Below are positions 36,700 through 53,160 of a stretch of 64,000 bases of DNA, piece by piece. Made by a program: the position numbers and the translations under genes. Position 1 is the stretch's first letter, and every line of letters begins with the position of its first letter. The notes under the pieces are model-generated. The model searched no databases. It was not told the origin of the DNA and worked only from the letters and a program-made list of their open reading frames with translations. Origin of the DNA: Heteronotia binoei (Eukaryota); the NCBI RefSeq assembly GCF_032191835.1, contig NC_083228.1, positions 78,306,001-78,370,000 of the forward strand, written 5' to 3'.

Positions 36700-39600
36700 C
36701 AGTTTTCAAAAGTTGTATTGATTTCAGAAAGATTGAGGGTAGGGAATAGAGGGAGTAGAAAACAATACATTTTGACCTTGTTCTGCATAAAATATTTTCA
36801 AAAAGTACAAGCTTAGTTCTACAATACTTCCTTTACATGAATTGTTCCATATTATTATGTCTAAACTAAACATCATCCACATTTCAAATTTTATAGCATA
36901 AATCTATTGTTACAATTATCTATTAGTTTTGACAATTCTAGTAAAGGCAATTTTGTAATATAAAATACAGGGGGGCGGAAAGGGAGAAATAAGTTCACAC
37001 CAGAGAATCTTAAGAGTCTTGAATGTCTAACCAGGAATAGAATTTCATCCAATATTTTCTTGTTTCTTCTTTAGATTTCCCAGCCAACAGCTGGGATAGA
37101 AAGTCCAGCTCTGCTGTTTCCAAAATTTTTCCCACCAAGTCCATTCTCGTGGAAATTTCCTGAGATTTCCATCTCTGCACCAGAAGAATCCTAGCTGCTG
37201 CGTTAAAGTGTGCCAACAAATGTCTCATTTCTTTGGAATAGTCCTCAGGAAATATGTTCAATAAAAATAGTTCTGGTTTGAAATGAATCTGTGTCTTCAT
37301 AATCTTCTGTAATATTTCATGCACCATTTTCCAATAACCCTTCACCATCTCACATGTCCACCACATATGGTAAAAAGAACCAACCTGTTTAGTGCATTTC
37401 TAACATTTGTTAGACAATTAGTATAAATCTTACACAATTTCTGTGGAGTCAGGTACCATCTATAAAACATCTTCTACAAATTTTCTTTACAAATTGCTGA
37501 CCTAGTTAATTTAATGTTAAGCTTTCACAATCTCTCCCATTCTTCTAAGGTAATATTATGACCAAAATTTTTTACCCATTGGACCATACAATCTTTTACA
37601 ACTTCGTCTTGTGTCTTCATTTGAAGTAAATATGCATATAATTTTAATAATAATAATTATTATTATTTGTACCCCGCACTCCCCACCGAGGCAGGCTCAG
37701 GGCGGCTCACAGACACGAAGATTAGTTTTTACTGTGGACCCAAAAGGATTTTATCAAATACATATTGATCTGTATTGAAACATGTCACCTTGTCTTTGGC
37801 ATATCTGAATTCAACTTTTATTCTTAACCACCAGTTCATTTTAACATCCATATTTTCCACCTCTTCTCTGGTTTTCAATTGATTATTTTTTCCCAATGGA
37901 TCTACATACCTATAATTCTGATTTAATTTTAGGAGATTTGGATGAGTAAATGCTTCTACTGGAGAAACCCATCTTGGAATTTTTTTTATAAATTCTAGTC
38001 TTTAGCCATGACCACGTATGGTATAAGGATTTTCAAAACCAGTGATTCTTAAAATAGGAATGGCCTTCAAGTCTTTGATACCATAAATATGCATGCCACC
38101 CCATAGTGAGATCATGTCCTTCCAACAACAATTGTCTCTTGTCATTCAGCAGTATCCAGTCTCTTACCCATAGAAGTGCAGAGGCTTTATAATACAATTG
38201 CCAATACAATTGCCAGTCTGGAAGACCCATACCTGCTCTTAATTTAGAGTCTTGTAATGTCTTTAATTTAATTCTAAGTTTTTTGCCTTGCCAGACATAT
38301 TTAGAAACCATCTTGTTCAGTTCTTGGAAGAATCCACAATTTAAAAATATTGGAATTGTTTGAAACAGAAATAGTAACCTTGGAAGGATATTCATCTTTA
38401 TTAAGGCTATTCTTCCCATTAAGAATAGATTTAAGTTGTGCCATTTTTCCAAATCTTTTTTAATTTCTTTAAGCAGTTTGTCATAATTATCTGTTTTCAA
38501 GTTACTACACTTATTTGAAATAACACCTAGATATTTGATTCTTTTTTCATACAAAACCCTGATCTTTGCTGGAAGGATTGAATTTGTTCCATCGTCATAT
38601 TCTTTGTCAGAAATTTTGTTTTATGATAGTTAATCTTTAATCCTGCCCAGTGACCAAATTGTTTAATCTTATTTATAAGACAATCTATTGAGTCCATTGG
38701 TTGTTCTAGTATAAAGACAAGGTCATCTGCGAAAACTATAAGTTTGTATTGTTCATCTTTTATCACAGCTCCCTTTATACTTGTATCTTCCCTTATTTGA
38801 TTATTCAATACCTCTAGAGATAAAATAAAAAGTAGAGGTGACAATGGACAGCCTTGTATTGTACCTTTTTTAATGTTAATCACATCTGTTAGTTCGCCGT
38901 TCACTGTCACCCTTGCATTTTGTAAAGAATATATTGCTTCCACTGCTCTCAATAAGTTTTCACCACATTCCATGCCTTTCAGTTGCTGCAGCATAAAATA
39001 CCAACAAATATTATCGAAGGCCTTCTCAGCATCTAAACAGATTAAAGCCGTTTGTTTCTCTGGATGAGTCTCATAATATTCCAAGATATTACAAACTGTT
39101 CTAACATTATCTTTCAAATATCTTCTAAGAAGAAATCCTGCTTGATCATAATGTATTATAGACTGTAGAACTTTCTTCAAACATTGTGCCAGTATTGTAG
39201 CAAAAATGTTATAGTCCACATTTAAGAGGGAAATTGGACGATAGTTTTTAATATCTTTCAAATCATTATTTTCTTTTGGAATCAAAGATATTGTAGCTTC
39301 TTGCCATGAAACTGGTATTTGGCCTTCCTCTTGAATCTTTTCAATAAGAAGTTTAAATAGCAAGAGTAAAGACTCTTCATAAGCTTTGTAGAATTCTGCA
39401 GGTAATTCATCTGGACCCGGAGTTTTACCATTCTTTTGAAGTGCTGTTGCATCTCCAAGTTCCCTTATTATTATTGGCTCATTTAAATTTTTTGTTGTTT
39501 TGTAAATTTATTGAGATTATTTTGGTTGATATATTCTTCTAAATCTATTTTATGAACTTGCTTATCTTCATATAATTTTTTATAGAACTGTTCCACAATT

Positions 39601-42600
39601 TGACATATTTTTTGCTTTTGAGTTTTCTCTTTGATGTTCTCATCTTTCAATGTCCTGATTATTCTTTTGGCCTTTTCTTTTCTCATCCTATAAGCCAATC
39701 ACCTTTCAGGATTATTGGCATGTTCAAAAAATTTTTGTCTACCATACCTCAATTTAATCTCCATCTCTTTCATCAGAATTAAATTCAGTTTATGATGCAT
39801 TTCTTTCACTTTTTTTGAAATTAATGCTTTGTTGGCTATTTTTTAAGGTTCTTTTCAGCTTCTCCAGCTTGTGATATTAAATTTTGAAAATTTTCAGTTC
39901 TTTTTCTCTTTTTCTTGATACTATATCTAATTGCAAGGCCCCTATAATAAGCTTTAGTGGTGGTCCAAACTACTTGCATCTTTACCTCTGGTGTTACGTT
40001 CTGTTTAAAAAAAGATTCCATTTCCACCTTAGATTCTTTGAGAAAGTCTTTATCTTTCAAAATTGAAATATTTAGCCCCCATGATCTTCTCATCCGTGGA
40101 CCTTTGAGCTTTATCATTACAGGGCTATGGTCTGAAATAACTCTTGTTTGAATTTCTGTGTCAACTAAGTCTTTAATCATACTTGCAGAAAGCTAACACA
40201 TATCGATTCTTGACCAAGTTTGATGGCTACAGGAATAGTAAGTAAAATCTTTGGAGTTGGGATATCTTGTTCTCCATACATCAACCAGATCTACTTCTTC
40301 TGCTAATTTCCAAAAACTTGTTGGCAACTGAAGACCTTTACTTTTCATCTGTTTGTGCATTTTTTTGTCCAGTTGTCTGTCAGAAACTGCATTGAAATCT
40401 CCTATTAGACAATATTCTACATATTCCAAATTTGATAATTTAAGGCGCAAATCTTGAAAAAATTTCTCTTGATGGTCATTTGGGGCATAGATATTTGCCA
40501 ATAAAATTTTCTTATTATCCACTGTAATTTCCACTAATAGAGTTATTCCATCTTCAGAAGCATACTGCAATTGTGGGTTAAATTTATCTTTACTATATAT
40601 TGCCACTCTCCTTTTCTTCTTATTCATGTCTGTTGCTGTAAATAAATTACCAAGTTTTTTATTTTTTAAAAAATGTTGATCTTTAGTTAAAATATGAGTT
40701 TCTTATAGGCAAATTATGTCCATTTCCATTTTTGTCCAATATCTAAAAGTCTTTCTCTTTTTTGGCAGGAGAGTTAAGTCCATTCACATGAATTGAAACT
40801 ATTGAAGCCATTATGGGTTTTGTTTATCATTATCTTTTTAAATCTTTTTTGAAATGCTGTCTTGTATGATATCTCTGTGGTTCATTTGGATTTTCTTCAC
40901 CAGAACTTTCTTCCTCCTCCTCCTCCTTTTCCTTGCCTTCTTTTTCCTTCACTCTATCCAGAAAATTCTGAGCTTTAAAAGTGGAGTTAATCCTGTATCT
41001 GTTCTCCTGGTAGGTAAAAAGCAGGCCTTCTGGCATTAGCCACATATAGGGTATTTCTATTCCTCTCAAAAAATCTGTTAGCGCTTGGTATTCTATCCTT
41101 TTTTGCCTCACTGGCCACGGTACTTCTCTTAGGATTTTCACCATATTGCCAACCATCATCATTCTGTCTCTTACTTGCTTCAAGATGTCATCTTTAGTCC
41201 TCTTTCTTGTGAATCTCAAATGAACTTCACTAGGTAATTTGTTTCATCTTGTATAACTTGATGGCACCATTCTAACTTGATCAAACTCTTCTTCCATCCT
41301 CTGCGAAGTCACCTGTAAAATTTCAGCCAAGGCTTCAATTAAAATTTTCTGTAAATCTTCATCTTTCTCTTCTGGTATATTTTGAAACCTCAACATATAG
41401 GCGACTCTGTCTACTTCCAATTGCAAGAGTTTAGAATCATGTATATTCTGTTCTTTTTCCAGATGTTCCACCTTTTGGATATTCTCTGTCACCTGACCAT
41501 CTAGTACTTTTAAGTCTTTGTTAGTCTCAGTTGTCTGTCTGCTATTCTCCAGAAGCTCTTGTTTAATCTCTGCCATCTGTTCATCAGTGTTGTCTACTTT
41601 ACTAGCCAGCTGTGTTATAGCCGTCATTAAGGTGTTTTTCATTTCTTTCATATCTCCTTGCATGGTCATAAATTTCCCTGGCCCAGGTAGAGCACTGGGC
41701 GAAGGAAATGGTGGCTTTCCTTCTCTGTTATCTTTTTTTTACTGTTTCTTTGAAGCCAATCCCAGCTTTATTTTCCATTCTTATTAGAGTAAGCACACTC
41801 ACAACCACAAGTTCAATAAGTGCCTCTTCAACGTTTGTTTTGGAACTCTATGTTCCTGTCTATAACAGATAAACTAATCTCCACCAAGCAATACCCTTAT
41901 TGTGAAGTAGTTTAAAAAAACAACTTTTTAACTTCTATCAACAATTTGTGGAAGCCAAAACAATGTAAAGAATAATAGTAAACAAAAATTTTTAGTCAAC
42001 CACACTAGATAGTCAATAGGCAAAACAATTCAGTTCGTTACAACAACTTCACTATTACAAGTCTTCTAGCAATGCTGATTCAGCTGCAATCCAATTACAA
42101 TGACGTCTTTCAAATAACTTCAAACTTCAGAAACTTCAAAATGTAAAATTGTAATCCAGGGCTGAATGCCCTATTTATAATCCAAGGGTGAAATCCAAGA
42201 TTGAAAAATAAACCAATAATCCAAACAGAAAAAAAGAAAATCAGGCACTCCCAAAAATAAAGGTAAAAATTAGTAGAAAATAGGAAAAAGTTCCCCTATT
42301 TAATGATACAACAAAACATGAAAAATAAAAGGGGCATAAGAAAAAAGGAATCCCAAATCAAAAAATATTTAAACCATGTCAAAAAATATTCCAACCACTA
42401 ATAAAAAGAAGGCAGAGAAAAAAGAAAAACAAGTTTAAAAGGTTATATCCATATCATCCAACAAAAATAGATAAAAAACCAATTTGGAAATTTATAAAGT
42501 TATTCTTCTTATAGCCAGAGATCCTTCTATACCTTATAAGTCACCACCAGCCTTTGGAAGTTAATTAAAACTCTTATAAGTTCATTCAGAGCACTTCAAT

Positions 42601-43284
42601 TTAAGCTTCAAAGTGTTTTTAAGCCAGCTGTCTTTCACATCCATATACACTTGCAAGCAAGCATCTTTCCCAAAATCCAAAACATTTTTCTCCCCCAAAG
42701 AAGGTTTAAAGCAGATCAGTTAAATTTAGCCATCCAGTCTCTTACAGAACTAAAAGTTGGTGTGATCTCCTCATGCAGGTGTTTTCAATGTTATCACATT
42801 AGGCAGAAATTTTTGTAAGCCGAAAGAATGAGGGAGAGTTCCGCCCCCCTTTCTCGGTCTTTAGCCCCACTTGAAATCTGCTTCACTCCTGATTCTCCTT
42901 CTTCCTGCTTGTTAGAGAAGTTGCCATTCAAAGAAAAGAGTAAGGGAAAAAACAACACAGTAGTAGAGTCTTGATGTTACATGCTTTTAAGGTCCAAAAT
43001 GTAGAGTGTAAAAGAATAAAAGAAGAAGCCAGTGGCTGATCCTCTTGCCATTTAAAAATGGTGATTGGAATGATGAGGCTAGAGGCAAGCGGGATCAGAG
43101 AGCAGCCGCCTTCGCTGACACCCCTGATCTACTGCTCAAGCCCCCTGCCTTCCGGAACCCTTCCTGGGCCCCAGAATCGAGTTGTCCTTCAGGGGTGACT
43201 CCTCTTCAGACTGATTTGGAAGCAGCTCTGGACACGTCGGTCCAAGCCACTTCCAGCCACGTGTCGCCAAAACAGGAAGTCATT
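36700..43284 (-). mobile_element. Full-length L1 (about 6.6 kb): long 5' UTR, ORF1, ORF2 (APE-RT-CCHC), disabled
   Basis: 17-bp TSD tgttcaggattagtctc at 36683-36699 and 43285-43301. ORF1 about 41778-40830. ORF2 from ATG 40811 (NIYAPND, GDFNAV, WSRID, YRPISLLNVD, DAEKAFD, QGCPLSPLLF, FADD, CGSF...HMWWTC) to 37010, with several stops and frameshifts. Confidence 0.93.
37648..37717 (-). mobile_element. Short L2 3' tail inserted in L1 ORF2
   Basis: Reverse complement gtgagccgccctgagcctgcctcggtgggg followed by (aat)n matches the L2 tails at 13290-13350 and 51147-51200. The L1 frame (KLI/LKLYAY) rejoins on either side. Confidence 0.75.
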
Positions 43285-43686
43285 TGTTCAGGATTAGTCT
43301 CTTGAGGAGTTTATAACAGAAGCTCAGAAGGGAAATAGGACTGTAACTTTCTGCCAGAAGTTTTGGTTTTCCAGATTTCAGAATAGTAACTACCTATGCA
43401 TTTTTGAATTCCCCTGGGAGTCTTTGTGTTCTCATGTCATCTGTGAGAAACTTTGCAAGCCACTTCTTAGTGAATGTACTGCTGTTGATCAGGAGCTCAT
43501 TATGGATGCAGTCAAAGCCTGGTGCTTTTCTGCTCTTGATGTCCTTCAGTGCTTTGGAAATCTAATTAGCACTTAAATCCCCTAACAGCTCACAGTCTTC
43601 AGGACAGGTGCGTTTCAAAATCTGGAGTTCTTTTTTATCCTTATTGTAAAATCTCAATCCTTCAGAGCTCTGGATAGGAATACTAG
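43285..43686 (-). mobile_element. Vingi/Ingi-clade LINE, upstream part separated by the L1 insertion
   Basis: Translates to ...KPKLLAESYSPISLLSFCYKLLKRLILN, joining RISDKINEHISIEQAGFRP on the other side of the TSD. Confidence 0.78.
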
Positions 43687-44130
43687 TAGGGCTGCCAATC
43701 CCCCAGTTTGGAGGCCCTCCCCCTGCTTCAGAGTCATCAGAAAATGTGGGGGGGGGGGCATAAAGAAATGACTGCTGGACACTCTATTATTCCCTATGAG
43801 ACCAGTTCCCATAGGGTATAATGGATAATTGATCTGTGGGTATCTAGGGCTCTGGGAGGGCTGTTTGTTGAGCTAAAGGCACCAAATTTGCAGCATAGCA
43901 TCCAATGCCTCCAAATACCCTCCACATTTCAAAAGTGGGTCCAATTGTATGAGCCCAAAAGAAAGTGCCCCTATCTTTCATTATTTCTAATGGAAGGAAC
44001 GCATTTAAAAGTGTGCAGTCACTTTAAATGTGATGGCCAGAACTCCCTTTGGAGTGTAATTGTGCTTGTCACAACCTGGCTCCACTCCCAAAGTCCCCAG
44101 ATATTTCTTGAAATAGACTTGGCTACTCTA
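43687..44130 (-). mobile_element. Second copy of the TAGGGTTGCCA-type MITE
   Basis: Termini tagggctgcca / tggctactcta; internal match to 26121-26634 in the opposite orientation. Confidence 0.7.
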
Positions 44131-44379
44131 GGGATAGCAGCTTGGGGATGGAAAACCTCTGGCACAGACAGTTAAAGGCTTTCAGGCTGCAGAAGCAGCT
44201 AAGAAAGATCTTTCAGCTCCAGGGATCCTGGACAGCCACTGCCAATCAGAGCAGACAGTACTGAACTGGATGGATCCATGCTGCACCATCAGCTTGGAAC
44301 CCATCAACTTCTGATATTCATGAGATCTATTAGGCCATAGCTCAGCAAATGGTGGGGGGGTGTCATTCTCCAAGCACGG

Positions 44380-44734
44380 TGTTCCTGCACCGGTGGCACC
44401 GGTGACATCATAGCGAATGAAGGTCACGTTGCCCTTCGCGTGAGCTCCGGGCCCGAAGAAGGGGTCAAACACTCACTCCTCGACGCACGCGCAAAACCTT
44501 GGAGAGCGCACGTGCAGATTCTGGACCTGGCATTGTGAGCATGCGCATTATGCGAAGCTTACTACACGCCCGGAGACGTTTAGGAGCCGTGGACGCCTGC
44601 GTAGTGAAATCGTGTGAAGGCTGTGCTTCCGACGCATGCGCTTTGTGCGGCAAAGCTGCTTCTGTCCTCTTAGCGCGGTGAGAGAGAGAGAGATAGAGTC
44701 TTCTGCACCTCTTCTGACCCGATTTGTTTCCGGC
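44380..44734 (+). promoter_or_regulatory. PGAM1 CpG-island promoter
   Basis: CpG-dense. NRF1-like GCATGCGCA at about 44539-44547 and CGCATGCGC at 44633-44641. ACTACACGCCCGG (ZNF143-like) at 44561-44573. Confidence 0.7.
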
Positions 44735-48910
<4,176 letters not shown>

Positions 48911-49688
48911 GGGTGGGGCAGCCAAGCAGTAGAAGATCCCCCTCCTTAACCCTTTTCCTTCCCAGCACACATCTGCCACAGCCTGAGGAATGGGGTTCAA
49001 AGAGCCAAAGGAGGTAGTTTCTTGGGACCATATCCCTACCTTTAGGACCAATTTCCTTTCACATTCATTCCTCCGTTAGGTTCTGGAGAGATAACCACAA
49101 GGATGTGGTCCACCAGGGGCTCTGGAACTGCATCTAGTCAGTCCATGTGCAAGGGACTACAGTGCTTCTAAAATCAGGACAGTAGGACCTCTGGCATTTC
49201 CAAGAGAACTAACCCACCTTTATTCCACTTCATGCAGCTGCTGTCATTAAAATCACTTCATTTAAGTGTCGTTTGACTTGATTTGGGCATTCACAGCTGT
49301 GATAAGAGTAGGGATGCTTCAGAGCACAGTGGTGATGCAAGGACCACACCTCTGTTGCAGCTTTGTCTTGTGCCATTGAAGGGCCATACCATATTTTGAA
49401 TTATCTCGAACTATTGGTTCCATGTCAAGTAACAATTGCCAACATATTCCATTGCCACCAAACCAGTATGAAGCAATCAGGCTAGGGAAGGGAAGAGTAT
49501 CCACCCTGGAATCCTCAGATGTAGTCCCATAATCTTGCTATGTAGTGCCAGTAAATCCAAATACTATGTATCATTCTGTATTGCTTCTCAGCCCCACAAT
49601 CTCCGTGGTATCCAAGCCTGTCATAGGATGGGTCTGCACTGGAGCTCACTTCACTGTACAATGGCTGAATTTGCCCTAGTCTCAGTAA

Positions 49689-49694
49689 AATAAA
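49689..49694 (+). terminator. Probable PGAM1 polyadenylation signal AATAAA
   Basis: First AATAAA I found downstream of the stop (48910), followed by a T/GT-rich stretch. Confidence 0.6.
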
Positions 49695-50143
49695 GGAATT
49701 ATGTGCAATATCTACTGTGTCTATGTCACTTAAAGTATGGTTGAGATAGCCTTTACCATACCAATGAAAAAAGATACCGCAAGTACTTCCAGTTTACAGC
49801 TCAGGCTTCAAAGGTTAAGTGAGAGAGAGCTGTAATAGAATTGAAATATTTGGTTACCACTTGCCCTCCCACTAGGAGACTTCCCTGCTCCTTTTGCTGT
49901 TTAGTTGGTGGCATACTGTATTCACTTTAAAAGACAACAACTTTGAAGGATGACTCCCTTAATTTCATACACAAAATACTGGATATAGCTTGTATGTCAA
50001 TCCACAGATAACACTACTAGAAGAGCATACCCTTGCTCAAAACTATACCAAATGTAATTTTTAAATGTAACTATTAACACCATTCAATATTCAGTCAGCT
50101 CAAAGGCTTTCTGGAATAGAAACAACTTCATCTTAGTCTAGAA

Positions 50144-50265
50144 CAGAGGTGTCAAACTCATTTGCTATGAGGGCTGGATCTGACATAAATGTAACATTTT
50201 ATGGCACATATGGCCCAGCCCAACAAAGTAACACAAGATACTGGAGATACACGGTAACTTTTATA
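50144..50265 (+). mobile_element. hAT (Charlie-like) MITE left arm
   Basis: cagaggtgtcaaactcatttg...gacataaatg; reverse-complement match to 52960-53155. Confidence 0.7.
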
Positions 50266-50341
50266 AAGGCGATTTCAGATGCTGAATTACAATAGCAGAT
50301 TTGATTGGATTAGGTGTGATAGGCAGAGGGGTAGTAGGTGA

Positions 50342-50603
50342 GATAGCCAGCATTGGTCATGAGACAGGAAACCTAGGTCTCAATTCCGTCCAGGAGGATT
50401 CAATCCAGAAGGATGCAAAGAAGACATGGCGCTAATTCTTACATTAGAAACCACAACATTCAGTTGCTGACCTAAGAGTAGTAGTGACCTTAAAGAAATT
50501 AGACTGCTGAGTTGCAGTTGATAATGAAGCTCAAGACAATGCATCCTCCTGGACTGAACTGAGAGCTAGTTTTCTTGTCTCATTACCAATCTGTGCTATT
50601 ATC
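50342..50603. repeat. Long inverted repeat / fold-back MITE-like element
   Basis: Arm 50342-50401 (attggtcatgagacaggaaacctaggtctcaattccgtccaggaggattc) pairs with 50541-50603, roughly 80% identity by eye. Confidence 0.7.
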
Positions 50604-51143
50604 TTTTGGCATCTGAAATAACTCTCCAGGATATAAGACCAATCCAAATGTTCTATTTCCTAATCAGGGTCTTTTTTTGAAAGAAAAATCCAGAGGAGGT
50701 AGGGGCCTTAGCCAATGGAAGAGCTCGGCTCTGTAGTTCTACCGTGTGATTGAGTTTGCCATGCTCAATCACACTGCAAAGCTACCGAGCCAAGCCTCTC
50801 TTCCTTCTTGTAGCTGAGGCTTCTTCCTCACTCATCTGGGGAACGAGGGAGAATCTCCTTTGCCCAGTTCCGTTGATATCACTGGAGAGATACAAAGAAA
50901 ACAGTTGTAAGACCAGCAACATTTTGTTCAAGGTATGAATTTTCGCCTTGCTACGGAGAGTGTGAGTGTGTTTTGTTGGATTTGTTATGGGTGCAACTGA
51001 GTTTGCCTACCCCTTTATTCATGCTCTCATGATCCAGTCTTAATAGGAAAGCATGCAGACTGTTTAGAAGAAGAACAAGAAGCCAAGATTAGACTGTGTG
51101 TCCAGACCAAGTTTACCCAGCACATTTCTTCAATCAACCAATC

Positions 51144-52510
51144 ATTTTATTTATATCCCGCCCTCCCTGCCGAAGCAGGCTCAGGGCGGCTAACAACATC
51201 AAATACCGTAGAGTATACAATAAATATTTAAAAATAGTAGCTAATTTTAAACAGTCTAATTTAAAATTTCTAAAATTAACATTCTGGTGCTATTTCAGCA
51301 TGACGGTAAAAATCGCTTGGGCGAGTCCCTCTGTCATTTTAATCGGTGAAGGCCATCCCAAAAAGGATGGTCTTGCAGGCCCTGCGAAACTGTTCAAAGT
51401 CCCACAGGGCCCGCACTTCTTCCGGGAGCTGGTTCCATAGGTGCGGAGCTACGATAGAGAAGGCCCGCATGCGAGTGCTCTGCAGTTTTGCCTCCTTCGG
51501 CCTGGGGATCATCAGTTGGTTCTTCCCTGCTGACCTCAGTGCTCTCTGGGGTTCATATGGGGAAAGACAGTCCCTCAGGTAGGCAGGTCCTTGGCCATAT
51601 AGGGCTTTAAAGGTAATAACCAGCACTTTGTAACGAATCCGGTATGTAACTGGCAACCAGTGCAGTCCGCGCAGCCCTGGCTGTATGTGCTCCCACTTCG
51701 GGAGCCCCAATAACAGCCTAGCCGCCGCGTTCTGCACCAACAGCAGCTTCCGGATTCGGCACAGAGGCAGCCCAATGTAGAGGGCATTACAGTAATCTAA
51801 TCTCAAGGTGACCGTTGCATGAATCACTGTTGCTAGGTCCCGATGCTCTAGGAAGGGGGCCAACTGCCTTGCCCGCCTTAGATGAAAGAAGGCTGACTTG
51901 GCGGTGGCTGCTATCTGGGCCTCCATTTAGAGTGAAGGCTCCAGTAGAACTCCCAAGCTCCTGACCCGGTATTTCCCTCCCCAAAGCGCCACGACCTATG
52001 CAAAGGACCTCTGTCTTCGTTGGATTCAACCCACTCAGCCTTAGCCAAGTTGCCACGGCCTGCAGTGCCAGGTCCAAATTCCCTGGGACGCAGTCAGGCC
52101 AGCCAGCCATTAGTAGATAGAGCTGGGTGTCATCTGCATATTGATGACACCAAGCCCGTGCCATCTGGGCAAGGGGGCGCATATTAAATAGCATCGGGGA
52201 GAGAACTGCTCCCTGAGGCACTCCACAATCTAGTGTGCGCCTCTGGGACAGCTCACCCCCAATTGCCACCCTTTGTCCCCGACCCTCAAGGAAGGAGAAG
52301 AGCCATTGTAAAGCCGACCCCCTAACCCCTACGTCGGTGAGGCGGCGGGTCAGTAGCTGATGGTTGACTGTGTTGAACGCAGCCAACAGATCTAACAACA
52401 TCAGCACCGCCACGCCACCTCGATCCAGATGCCGCTGGAGGTCATCTGCCAAGGTGACCAGTACTGTCTCCGTCCCGTGACCTGGACGAAAGCCGGCCTG
52501 GCAAGGGTCA
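51144..52510 (-). mobile_element. 5'-truncated L2 LINE (RT C-terminal half and 3' UTR)
   Basis: GVPQGAVLSPMLFN, QYADDTQLY, LDYCNALYIGLP, LHWLPVTYRIRYKVL, APHLWNQLP motifs; L2 tail. Confidence 0.9.
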
Positions 52511-52959
52511 TTTCTTTTGATTTTTCCTTCATATATTCCTTTGATTGTGGATTTTGAACTTAGGCTTCCCAGACAGTAGGCTGGTACTACCCACTAGTTG
52601 GCTTGTCTCTGTTTCTGCACTGCCTCATAACAGTTGCAGTTATTTTTCTAGAGAAGACTACAGTTTTGTAAATAAACACAAAGCCCTCAGTCTGTGCCAT
52701 GGTGCCTTCACATGTTCTTGACCAGCACATGAAACAGCTTATGTACAAAAGCACACGATGCCCCAGCCATCTCATCTCATATTTTCCTCTGGGTCATAGG
52801 ATCAAATCATTGACCATGAGATTTCTGCAATGAATGTCAAAAAATCAAAAGTAGGTTTGCAACTCACAGATGCACACCTGAACAGCATATTCAGGATTGC
52901 TACAGCTGACAGTGTCTCCAGTTTCCGATGCAATAATTCAGAGCCAGAGGTGTCAGTTA

Positions 52960-53155
52960 TCAGAAACTGTTGAAATATCGCAAGCATGCTAATGTTTTAA
53001 GCATGTCTTATTTTAAGTAAAAAATATTTGTTTGTCTGTACCCTTTATAAAGCTTATATCTGTTCTACCTGGCATTACATTTTATGACACATGGCCCAGC
53101 CCAATAACGTCTCATTTATGTCAAATCTGGCCCTCATAATCAGTTCGACACCTCG
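52960..53155 (+). mobile_element. hAT (Charlie-like) MITE right arm
   Basis: ...catttatgtcaaatctggccctcataatcagttcgacacctcg, followed by atccagaa. Confidence 0.7.
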
Positions 53156-53160
53156 ATCCA

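Noticed and set aside
44240-44255. CCAAT box upstream of PGAM1
   Set aside because: Lies within a CR1-like 3' tail remnant about 500 bp upstream, where the motif is part of the repeat sequence.
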